The notes beneath the pieces were generated by a model. The model had not been told where the DNA came from. It searched no databases and saw nothing but the letters and a program-made list of their open reading frames with translations. Both the position numbers and the translations under genes were made by a program. A DNA stretch of 40,884 bases from a virus: positions 1-40,884 of IMG/VR virus record IMGVR_UViG_3300045988_051648. One strand, given 5' to 3'. Of the stretch, positions 34,653 to 40,884 are shown piece after piece. How positions within the stretch are numbered: position 1 is the stretch's first letter; each line of letters opens with the position of its first letter.

Positions 34653-34690
34653 CCCCTGCAATCCAATCGGATTGCGGGGGTTTCGTATTT
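34653..34690 (+). terminator. Intrinsic terminator
   Basis: CCCCTGCAATCC-AATC-GGATTGCGGGGG (12 bp) then TTTCGTATTT. Confidence 0.8.
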
Positions 34691-34701
34691 AAGGAGACAT
34701 T

Positions 34702-34872
34702 TTGACTCAGATTCCAGCCGACGCGAACGAGGTCATCGACTCTCTTTCCGCGCAAATCGGCACTCTCAACAAGCAAATCGCAATCCTGACCAGTCAGCTC
34801 AACGCGGCCATGAAATTGATTCCCGCCGACGTGCTCGAAAGCGTGAAGGGGGATACGCATGCAGAGGATTAA
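34702..34872 (+). CDS. Possible 56-aa coiled-coil protein
   Basis: TTG start 5 nt after AAGGAG. Sequence EVIDSLSAQIGTLNKQIAILTSQLNAAMK. Overlaps the next gene by 14 nt. Confidence 0.4.
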   Translation: MTQIPADANEVIDSLSAQIGTLNKQIAILTSQLNAAMKLIPADVLESVKGDTHAED

Positions 34873-35356
34873 CTATTTCACCAATCCGAATTTCACCGGC
34901 CCATTCGCCGACGTAAACATTTCCGGTGAAGTGAAGGCATCATATAACGCCGACACCAAGCAGCTGAACATCTATGGCAACAATGGCGGTTATGGTTTCA
35001 ATCTCACCGTGCCGAAAAACGCGGCACTCGTATTCGCCTGCTTCCTCTGGACGGAACACGACAAAAATCCGAAGCCGCTCACGGTGTACAGTCTCGAGTC
35101 AAGCGACACCAAGCCTATCGCTTATGCCACCGTCTCCCAGAATGCGAACAATTTGCTCCTGCGATTCAACTCCACCGGCAGTGGCCGGATACGTGTCGAA
35201 TTCTATCCGAACGGCAGTGCCGCGAATATCGCCAATCCGATTTTGGAATTGGCCGACACTTACGATAAAGCCGTGGGGGGGGGCTTCCGGGCTTCTTCTC
35301 CGGCGACACGATGCCACGCGCATAGGAGCGTCCGTCGGGCGGGTGATGTCCGATGA
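34859..35356 (+). CDS. Paralog A of the small GDTMP-motif family; its C-terminus is altered after the G9 tract
   Basis: N-terminal INYFTNPNF. After the G9 tract the frame gives an Arg/Ser-rich tail ending at ATGA with paralog B. The -1 frame gives LPGFFSGDTMPRA-stop (35323-35325). Confidence 0.6.
   Translation: MQRINYFTNPNFTGPFADVNISGEVKASYNADTKQLNIYGNNGGYGFNLTVPKNAALVFACFLWTEHDKNPKPLTVYSLESSDTKPIAYATVSQNANNLLLRFNSTGSGRIRVEFYPNGSAANIANPILELADTYDKAVGGGFRASSPATRCHAHRSVRRAGDVR
35275..35283. repeat. G9 homopolymer tract
   Basis: Counted directly: G at 35275-35283. Confidence 0.9.
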
Positions 35357-35721
35357 TAATCACGAACCTATGCACGAGCCCAACCTCGACCATCACCTTG
35401 AGAGCCAACAATTGGGTGCATCTCACGACCGTTCCGAGCGTGAGATATATGACATATTGGGTCAGTTTCGATATGAACGTCACAGGCGGCACTGTCTCGA
35501 TTATCGGAACACAGGACGAATTCAGCGCACGCCAACGTGTCAGCTACTTGACGTACGTCGCCAATTTCAGTCCGCTATCAGCGAATTATTCCGTCAAGTC
35601 AGGCAGTCCGACCGTCACCGTGACAAATATACTCATCTGCACGTTGGCCGAGTATCAGGCGAACAAGACCCTGCTCGACGGCATCGGATATTTCACCGGG
35701 GATACGATGCCGCGCGCCTAA
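35353..35721 (+). CDS. Paralog B of the small GDTMP-motif family
   Basis: N-terminal ITNLCTSP, C-terminal GYFTGDTMPRA-stop. Confidence 0.6.
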   Translation: MIITNLCTSPTSTITLRANNWVHLTTVPSVRYMTYWVSFDMNVTGGTVSIIGTQDEFSARQRVSYLTYVANFSPLSANYSVKSGSPTVTVTNILICTLAEYQANKTLLDGIGYFTGDTMPRA

Positions 35722-35740
35722 CCCCTTTGGGGGTGGTGGC

Positions 35741-36133
35741 ATGACTCCAATCGTTAATCACTGCGTCATGCCGAAAGACGGTGTGAGCGTCAAGACGACG
35801 AACACGACACCATCGGACATCACCTTCACGGGGTTGACGGCGGGCGTGAAATACCATGTGAGCGTCGTCTGTTACATGCTGTCCACGAGTGGCGACAATC
35901 CGCGCTTGCGTCTCACCACCAATGGCAGTGATAGTGGGCTGGTCCATTCGAATGGTCGCGTGGATTACGTCTTCACCGCCGCCAGCACCACTCACGGCAT
36001 TCTCGTCGGGCTGAACAATTGCACGGTCAATCTGAGCAAGGGCTTGTGCGTGCCTCAAGACCAGTGGCAGCAGCTCGTCTCGTTGGGATTGCCGGGCAAT
36101 TATTTCGATGGCGACACCATGCCAATAGATTAA
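35741..36133 (+). CDS. Paralog C of the small GDTMP-motif family
   Basis: N-terminal IVNHCVMP, C-terminal NYFDGDTMPID-stop. Confidence 0.6.
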   Translation: MTPIVNHCVMPKDGVSVKTTNTTPSDITFTGLTAGVKYHVSVVCYMLSTSGDNPRLRLTTNGSDSGLVHSNGRVDYVFTAASTTHGILVGLNNCTVNLSKGLCVPQDQWQQLVSLGLPGNYFDGDTMPID

Positions 36134-36155
36134 ACGATTTCAAAGGAGATGTGAT

Positions 36156-36545
36156 GTGTTTCAAACGTTTTTAGCGGGTTTTGGTGGTGTGGGTGGCGCG
36201 TGCGCCGTCATCACGCTCGGCCTGAAAGTCTGGCCGGGAGCGCTCGAATCATTGGCTACTGGGCTGTATGCCCACGTCAATCCCGAGCGTTTGCCGTATA
36301 ACAGCGTGCTTTCCCAGCATTTCGCCAAGACACGCCAATTAGGCGAACGCACGGAGCGCTTTGACGAGCGCATGGACGAACTCTGCCGCGACACGATCAA
36401 GAACACGCTCATCAGCCTCATCTACGGCGACCAAAGCCACGACCATTCCGAAGCCGTCCGATACGAGCTGGCTAAGCTCGAAAAACTCGACGCGCAATGT
36501 TGGATCATCTCGGCCGCCGAAAAATACTTGGAGGACAGGCAATGA
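36156..36545 (+). CDS. Membrane protein at the start of the lysis region
   Basis: GTG start 6 nt after AAAGGAGA. N-terminal TM segment FLAGFGGVGGACAVITLGL. Function not recognised. Confidence 0.55.
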   Translation: MFQTFLAGFGGVGGACAVITLGLKVWPGALESLATGLYAHVNPERLPYNSVLSQHFAKTRQLGERTERFDERMDELCRDTIKNTLISLIYGDQSHDHSEAVRYELAKLEKLDAQCWIISAAEKYLEDRQ

Positions 36546-36628
36546 TGCGTCTCATGATCGCGGGCGGCACCTACCTATTGCTCCTCGCACTCATCATCAT
36601 TTTCAACCACGGTGCGCACATGCGCTGA
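36542..36628 (+). CDS. 28-aa single-TM peptide
   Basis: ATGA overlap. Sequence MMRLMIAGGTYLLLLALIIIFNHGAHMR. Confidence 0.35.
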   Translation: MMRLMIAGGTYLLLLALIIIFNHGAHMR

Positions 36629-36650
36629 CATCGATTTTCACAACCGCAAG

Positions 36651-36677
36651 GCCATCTCTTCGGAGGTGGCTTTTTCT
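36651..36677 (+). terminator. Intrinsic terminator
   Basis: GCCATCTC-TTCG-GAGGTGGC then TTTTTCT. Confidence 0.7.
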
Positions 36678-36709
36678 ATTGCCCCGTGAGGGGCGGGAAG
36701 GAGGCCGTC

Positions 36710-36829
36710 ATGGACGAAGTGACCATGACGCCGGAAATGACACCGCAGGGCGATTCGATACCGCCCGAAACCATTCAGGTCGTGTCCGAGGAGGACGCGG
36801 CCAAGGCCGTCGAAGGATTGGAGGACTGA
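36710..36829 (+). CDS. Possible 39-aa acidic protein
   Basis: GGAAGGAGG upstream. The stop lies 1 nt before the endolysin ATG. Confidence 0.35.
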   Translation: MDEVTMTPEMTPQGDSIPPETIQVVSEEDAAKAVEGLED

Positions 36830-36830
36830 C

Positions 36831-37628
36831 ATGGCAAGCGTGAGCGCTTTGATTAACCGCATGCGTTACTGGTGTGCCGTCGCCAACATGGGCTACTCGC
36901 AGGCTGACCGCTGGAACTTCAACCCGCAGGCCGGCAACTGCGACTGCTCGTCCCTTGTCATCCACTGTCTCAAGGAGGCTGGCTTCGACACCGGCTCGGC
37001 CACCTACACCGGCAACCTCTCCGGTGAGCTGACCAAGCGCGGCTGGACTCGTCTGCCCGCGAACGGCAGCCCGCAGCCGGGCGACATCCTGCTCAACGAC
37101 GTGCACCACGTGGCCGTCTACCTGGGCGGCGGAAAGCTCGCACAGGCGTCCATCTCCGAGCGGGGCACAGCCTACGGCGCTGCTGGCGACCAGACTGGCC
37201 GCGAAACCAATATCAGGGGCTACTACAGCTACCCGTGGAACTGCTACCTCCGCTACGGCAACGGCGGCAACACCGGCACCGCGTCCACCGGCGCATTGGC
37301 GGTGGACGGCAACGTGGGTCCCGCCACCGTCCGCAAGTGGCAGGCCGTGATGGGCACTGCGGTGGATGGCATCATCAGCGGCCAGCAGGTGCCGGACGGC
37401 AGGACTTACGCGCGTCCGGCAATCGATTCGAGCGTGGTTCGCTACGGTGCTGGCGGCAGTGATCTGATCCGTGCCGTGCAGCGTCGCCTGGGCTGTGGTG
37501 TTGACGGACTGCTTGGCCCTGCCACCATTCGCGCCATCCAAGCGCATTACGGTCTGGCTCAGGACGCGAGCTTCGGCCCTGCGACCGCACGCGCCTTGCA
37601 GTCGGCACTCAATCAAAACCGATTCTAA
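36831..37628 (+). CDS. Endolysin: NlpC/P60- or CHAP-like cysteine peptidase plus peptidoglycan-binding repeats
   Basis: GNCDCSSLV (Cys) and HHVAVYLG (His) catalytic segments. Three PG_binding_1-like repeats: VDGNVGPATVRKWQ, VDGLLGPATIRAIQ and DASFGPATARALQ. Confidence 0.8.
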   Translation: MASVSALINRMRYWCAVANMGYSQADRWNFNPQAGNCDCSSLVIHCLKEAGFDTGSATYTGNLSGELTKRGWTRLPANGSPQPGDILLNDVHHVAVYLGGGKLAQASISERGTAYGAAGDQTGRETNIRGYYSYPWNCYLRYGNGGNTGTASTGALAVDGNVGPATVRKWQAVMGTAVDGIISGQQVPDGRTYARPAIDSSVVRYGAGGSDLIRAVQRRLGCGVDGLLGPATIRAIQAHYGLAQDASFGPATARALQSALNQNRF

Positions 37629-37639
37629 GGGGGTTCAAT

Positions 37640-37918
37640 ATGGCTCAGCATGCAGCGCCGACGACTTTGGAGACCACCGTCAATAATCTGGCCAACGAAC
37701 GCGAGGATGGTCAGGACAACCAGGTGCCGGACGTGTATACGCCGGTTTTCAGCAAGCAGGTACGCACCGTGGTCTACGTGCTCGGTCTGATCGCTTCGTG
37801 CGTCGGCCTCGGCTTCATGACCTTCGGCGACGCGGCCATCGGCGGATACATCTCGACCGTGGCCGGCTTCATCGCCAGCGGTCTCGGAGTGGCCTACAAT
37901 CCGCTGCGCCGTGATTGA
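37640..37918 (+). CDS. Holin (two TM segments)
   Basis: 92 aa with VVYVLGLIASCVGLGFMTF and YISTVAGFIASGLGVAY. Lies directly after the endolysin gene. Confidence 0.7.
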   Translation: MAQHAAPTTLETTVNNLANEREDGQDNQVPDVYTPVFSKQVRTVVYVLGLIASCVGLGFMTFGDAAIGGYISTVAGFIASGLGVAYNPLRRD

Positions 37919-37930
37919 TTTTTTTGGCGT

Positions 37931-37983
37931 GAGACTCAAACTCGCGCCGGAAACTCAAACTCGCGCCGGAAACTCAAACTCGG
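37931..37983. repeat. 19-bp tandem repeat, about 2.8 copies
   Basis: GAGACTCAAACTCGCGCCG / GAAACTCAAACTCGCGCCG / GAAACTCAAACTCGG... Confidence 0.85.
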
Positions 37984-38039
37984 GTGTGGAAAAATTTGCG
38001 GCACTGTAGTGTCCGTGGAATTTTTTACACCCGTTTTTT
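37981..38039 (+). terminator. Long-stem intrinsic terminator after the lysis cassette
   Basis: CGGGTGTGGAAAA (37981-93) pairs with TTTTTTACACCCG (38021-33), followed by TTTTTT. Confidence 0.7.
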
Positions 38040-38047
38040 AACTTTTG

Positions 38048-38082
38048 TCCCTTCTCCATCATGGAGGAGGGGCTTTATTTTT
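38048..38082 (+). terminator. Second tandem intrinsic terminator
   Basis: CCCTTCTCC-ATCAT-GGAGGAGGG then GCTTTATTTTT. Confidence 0.7.
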
Positions 38083-38179
38083 AGGACTTTTCTAATGGGC
38101 ATCAGACAACAGACGATTGACGATTACGGTGCGTTCGTGGAGAAATTCAAACCAAAGAAGACCACGGACGACTGCTACA

Positions 38180-38186
38180 CCCCCCC
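38180..38186. repeat. C7 homopolymer tract
   Basis: Counted directly: C at 38180-38186. Confidence 0.9.
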
Positions 38187-38774
38187 GCAGTGTATGAGAC
38201 CATAAAGGACTGGGCATGCCGTGAATATGGCATCGACCCCAGCAAGGTGGTGCGCCCGTTCTATCCGGGCGGCGACTACGAACGGTTCGACTATTCCGAT
38301 GGCAAGGTGGTGGTGGACAACCCACCTTTCTCGATTCTGTCAAAGATATGCAAGTTCTACCGTGACAACCATATTCCTTTCTTCTTGTTCGCACCGTATC
38401 TCACGATCTTCTCCAGCACGTCACGCAACGGAGCGCACATGATCGTCACGGATTCGACCATCGAATACGCGAACGGCGCGCAGGTCAACACCAGCTTCGT
38501 GACGAGTTTCGGCGATGACCTGATCCGCACCGCGCCGGATCTGGCCAACGCGATAGACGAGACCGTGAAGCGCGTCAGGAAAGAGCAGCGCAGGCATCCG
38601 CCGAAATACGCGTATCCGCGTGAGTTGCTTACCGTGAGCAGGCTCGGGAAGATCGGCAAGCAGGTCGAGTTCTGCGTCAGGGCTTCGGATGTGGCGTTTA
38701 CACGGGCGCTTGATTCGCAGAAGGCTGTGAAGAAGGCCATCTTCGGCGGCGGCTATCTGATGAGCGAAGCCAAG

Positions 38775-38844
38775 GCCGCGGAACTGAAGGCCGCGGAACT
38801 GAAGGCCGCAGAACTGAAGGCCGCAGAACTGAAGGCCGCAGAAG
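38775..38844 (+). repeat. 15-bp in-frame tandem repeat (about 4.7 copies) encoding (AAELK)n
   Basis: GCCGC(G/A)GAACTGAAG x4 plus a partial copy. It lies in the methyltransferase C-terminal region. Confidence 0.9.
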
Positions 38845-38957
38845 ATGTGACGGTATGGCCGCTCAGCGATTCCGAGAAGCGGATCATCGAAAACCTCGCA
38901 TGAAAAAATCGCGCTTTTGAATTCCTGTTGGAATATTTTGCGCCCACATGCAACATC

Positions 38958-38997
38958 GCCCCTCTCTCAGCTATGGCTGGGGGAGGGGCTTTTCTTG
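38958..38997. terminator. Terminator between the convergent methyltransferase and Xis-like genes
   Basis: GCCCCTCTCTCAGC-TATG-GCTGGGGGAGGGGC (14 bp including G-T pairs) then TTTTCTTG. Confidence 0.7.
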
Positions 38998-39198
38998 TTA
39001 TTCGGTCTTGTTTTTGCGTGGGCGTCCGCCGCCGACGCCGCGGCCGGGGCGCTGCGCGTCCCACTGGTCGATGGTCTCGGGGAGCCAGCCGCGCGTGCGG
39101 CCGATGGTTACGTCCGGCTCGGGCAGGTCGTAGGAGGCGGCGTTGGCGACGCCGAGGCGTTCGGAGACCTGTTTGATGCCGAGGTATTCAGTCGTCAT
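38998..39198 (-). CDS. Excisionase-family HTH protein (best Xis candidate by position)
   Basis: YLGIKQVSERLGVANAASY...GWLPETIDQW. AGGAGG lies 4-5 nt upstream. Near int, on the opposite strand. Confidence 0.6.
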   Translation of the reverse strand: MTTEYLGIKQVSERLGVANAASYDLPEPDVTIGRTRGWLPETIDQWDAQRPGRGVGGGRPRKNKTE

Positions 39199-39352
39199 CG
39201 TCCCTCCTGTCCCTGATGAGCGTGGCGATGCTCCAGATTCCCGCCGCGAGTCCGAACAGTCCGGCCTGCCATGCTTTCCCGGCGCAGCCGAGCGAGAGCG
39301 ATGTCAGGCCGCATACGATGCCGCATACGGCGAACAGTGTGCTTGTCTTCAT
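39188..39352 (-). CDS. Possible 54-aa two-TM protein
   Basis: MKTSTLFAVCGIVCGLTSLSLGCAGKAWQAGLFGLAAGIWSIATLIRDRRDDDD. No clear SD. Overlaps the Xis-like start by 11 nt. Confidence 0.35.
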   Translation of the reverse strand: MKTSTLFAVCGIVCGLTSLSLGCAGKAWQAGLFGLAAGIWSIATLIRDRRDDDD

Positions 39353-39379
39353 GGTGGGTCATGAAATAGGATGGAACCG

Positions 39380-39414
39380 GAGGGTTCCGGGCAGTAGGAG
39401 TGCTCGGAACCCTC
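39380..39414 (-). terminator. Perfect 10-bp inverted repeat just after the 35-aa ORF
   Basis: GAGGGTTCCG-N15-CGGAACCCTC. The downstream U-content on the - strand is moderate. Confidence 0.4.
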
Positions 39415-39417
39415 TTG

Positions 39418-39525
39418 TCATCTGCCGTGCCTAGGCGGCTTTCTGAGCGAGGTGACGAGCGCCGCCAGTGCGATGATGTTGCTTGTCACCGAGCTGATGG
39501 CGTTTACAATGTCCGTCCATTTCAT
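39418..39525 (-). CDS. 35-aa hydrophobic peptide with a basic C-terminus
   Basis: MKWTDIVNAISSVTSNIIALAALVTSLRKPPRHGR. GGAGG lies 5 nt upstream of the ATG, and a near-consensus promoter lies upstream. Confidence 0.5.
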   Translation of the reverse strand: MKWTDIVNAISSVTSNIIALAALVTSLRKPPRHGR

Positions 39526-39544
39526 GTTCACCTCCTTTCCTTTG

Positions 39545-39573
39545 TTGACATAAACTATTGTATCAAATATATA
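39545..39573 (+). promoter_or_regulatory. Near-consensus promoter facing the integrase gene
   Basis: TTGACA (39545-50), 17-nt spacer, TATATA (39568-73). Confidence 0.55.
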
Positions 39574-39585
39574 TAAGTAATGCAA
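39557..39585 (-). promoter_or_regulatory. Near-consensus leftward promoter interdigitated with the integrase promoter
   Basis: The - strand reads TTGCAT (39585-80), 17-nt spacer, TACAAT (39562-57). Confidence 0.55.
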
Positions 39586-39659
39586 GCCGAAACATGAAAA
39601 AACACGAGAAAAAATCAACGGATTGATAGACTTGATGCCACGCAAACGAAGGGGCAAGC

Positions 39660-40829
39660 ATGGCCTACACAATCCGCCAATACCAGACGAAAAGCGGAAA
39701 AAGATACGAAGTCAGATACCGCAAACCGGACGGGTCGTCCACCGGAAGGCGCGGCTTCAAACGCAAGATGGACGCCGATGCGTGGGGAGCGGCCAATGTG
39801 ACCACCGCGAAAAGCGTCGGAGCCTACATCGACCCACAGGCCGGAAGAAGACTCGTGGAGGACTTCTGGGAGCCGTGGCTGGCCGCCAAGAAGACCAAGG
39901 CGAAGCCAAGCTACATCAAGTCGCTGGAAGACGCTTGGCGAGTGCATGTGGAGCCGCAGTGGGGCATGAGGGAGATGCAGTCAATCACGCGCGACGAAGT
40001 GCAGCGGTGGGTCACCGATCTGGCTGGCAGGCGCAGCGCGTCAGTGACCATCCGCGCTGAAAACCTCCTGCGCAGTCTCATGGAAAGAGCTAAGGAGGAC
40101 AAGTGCATCCACGACAATCCATGCGACAACATCGAACTGCCGCGCAAACAGCGTCGACGCCACGTGTATCTGACAGCCGACGAACTCTCGCAGGTGGCGT
40201 TGCATTGTGGCTGGCGTGAGCCTATCGTGCTCACGTTGGGCTTGTGCGGAATGAGGTGGGGTGAGCTGGTCGCGTTGCGCGTCGAGGACGTTGACCTGCA
40301 GCGATGCAGGCTCCATATCTGGCGTAGCATCACCAGACTGTCCAGCGAAATGGTGGAGACGGATCCGAAAACCCATGAAGGACGCTCCGTCATGTTCCCG
40401 CAGATTCTCAGGCCATTGCTTGCCAGGCAATGCAACGGACGTGGCCCGTCGGATTTTCTTTTCACGGCTCCAGGCAAGCCGTTGGACGAGCCAATGACGA
40501 ACGGTTGGAATCCGACCAGGAGCGACGGATGGTTCGCGGTCGCGCTGCGCAGGGCCGGCATCGAGCGCGGGCATATGACGATCCATGACCTGCGGCATAC
40601 CGCCGCGAGCCTCATGGTGCAGTCTGGCGCGAACGTCAAGACCGTGCAGCGGCAGCTCGGCCACAAGTCGGCCGCGATGACGCTGGACGTGTACGCCGAC
40701 CTGTTCGACGATGATCTGGACGACCTGTCGGAGCGTATGGGCGGTCTGCTGTTTTCTCAGGATGTGGGCAAAATGTGGGCACAGTCGGTTTCGAGTGCTG
40801 TTGATTCGTTGGAATCAGTGGTCTTGTAG
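39660..40829 (+). CDS. int: Tyrosine site-specific integrase
   Basis: 389 aa. Arm-binding N-terminus (YQTKSGKRYEVRYRKPDG), then catalytic GMRWGEL (R), HDLRHTAAS (H-x-x-R) and LGHKSAAMTLDVYADL (H, Y). Confidence 0.9.
   Translation: MAYTIRQYQTKSGKRYEVRYRKPDGSSTGRRGFKRKMDADAWGAANVTTAKSVGAYIDPQAGRRLVEDFWEPWLAAKKTKAKPSYIKSLEDAWRVHVEPQWGMREMQSITRDEVQRWVTDLAGRRSASVTIRAENLLRSLMERAKEDKCIHDNPCDNIELPRKQRRRHVYLTADELSQVALHCGWREPIVLTLGLCGMRWGELVALRVEDVDLQRCRLHIWRSITRLSSEMVETDPKTHEGRSVMFPQILRPLLARQCNGRGPSDFLFTAPGKPLDEPMTNGWNPTRSDGWFAVALRRAGIERGHMTIHDLRHTAASLMVQSGANVKTVQRQLGHKSAAMTLDVYADLFDDDLDDLSERMGGLLFSQDVGKMWAQSVSSAVDSLESVVL
40764..40782. promoter_or_regulatory. Putative integrase arm-type binding site (attR side, inside the int 3' end)
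   Basis: Exact copy of 131-149. Confidence 0.5.
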
Positions 40830-40843
40830 TGGTTTATGATTGT

Positions 40844-40884
40844 GGGTTCGAGTCCCGCTGGAGGCACTTTTGGAAACCGCCAGA
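40844..40884. repeat. attR core (direct repeat copy 2; partial tRNA 3' end)
   Basis: Identical to 1-41. The upstream flank (GGTTTATGATTGT) is not tRNA-like, so the intact tRNA is at the left end. Confidence 0.9.

Larger units (their letters stand above)
38095..38903 (+). pseudogene. N6-adenine-type DNA methyltransferase split by a frameshift at a C7 tract
   Basis: The N-terminal fragment (38095-38205) ends ...KKTTDDCYTPPQCMRP-stop. The second frame (from 38190) continues VYETIKDW...VVVDNPPFS (motif IV). One extra C, or a -1 slip at C_CCC_CCG, joins them as DCYTPPAVYETIKDW. Confidence 0.75.
1..40884 (+). mobile_element. Complete integrated temperate prophage (siphovirus-type, HK97-like head module) inserted in the 3' end of a tRNA gene
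   Basis: A perfect 41-bp direct repeat sits at both window ends. A tyrosine integrase lies next to the right repeat. Lysogeny, recombination, replication, packaging, head, tail and lysis modules follow in canonical order. Confidence 0.9.

Noticed and set aside
34859-36133. A shufflon or diversity-generating retroelement acting on the three paralog cassettes.
   Set aside because: All cassettes are on the same strand. There are no flanking inverted repeats, no invertase and no reverse transcriptase anywhere in the window.
37931-37983. Possible CRISPR array.
   Set aside because: The 19-bp units are directly abutting with no spacers. There are fewer than three full copies and no cas genes.

Overview
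The whole 40,884-bp window is one integrated temperate siphovirus-type prophage. The host is GC-rich and Gram-positive by codon usage. The proteins look actinobacterial, possibly Bifidobacterium-like, but that cannot be verified here. The element is bounded by a perfect 41-bp direct repeat (1-41 = 40844-40884) carrying the 3' end of a tRNA gene (attL/attR). Each end also has one copy of a 19-bp putative integrase arm site. Gene order from left to right: (1) attL. (2) Cargo: a wHTH-like protein and a membrane-anchored DEDDh exonuclease. (3) A leftward lysogeny operon (XRE repressor, ImmA/IrrE protease, 96-aa protein) facing a rightward Cro-like early operon. (4) A 430-bp ORF-poor structured spacer, then a Bro-N/KilAC antirepressor. 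(5) YqaJ/RecT/SSB/RusA recombination genes. (6) A replication-organiser-like gene with an internal ori-like repeat cluster, caught in an exact 931-bp tandem duplication. (7) A zinc-ribbon/HTH candidate late regulator. (8) A near-consensus promoter, a leader hairpin and a tRNA-like gene whose anticodon arm is replaced by 107 nt. (9) HNH, TerS, TerL, portal, protease, HK97-type capsid and connector genes. (10) A major tail protein with a -1 frameshift Ig-like extension, G/T-type chaperones with a -1 frameshift, tape measure, Dit and a 1771-aa Tal/fibre. (11) Three small paralogous ORFs sharing a C-terminal GDTMP motif; the first loses the motif at a G9 tract. (12) A lysis cassette. (13) An N6-adenine-type DNA methyltransferase split at a C7 tract. 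(14) A leftward small-peptide/Xis-like unit whose promoter interdigitates with the integrase promoter. (15) Tyrosine integrase and attR. No CRISPR array, rRNA, transposase, reverse transcriptase or invertase was seen. The best candidates for something new are the anticodon-less tRNA-like gene, the membrane-tethered DnaQ-type exonuclease moron, the homopolymer-switched paralog cassette and methyltransferase, and the duplicated ori/rep unit. All functional calls rest on reading motifs by eye; no database search was possible.
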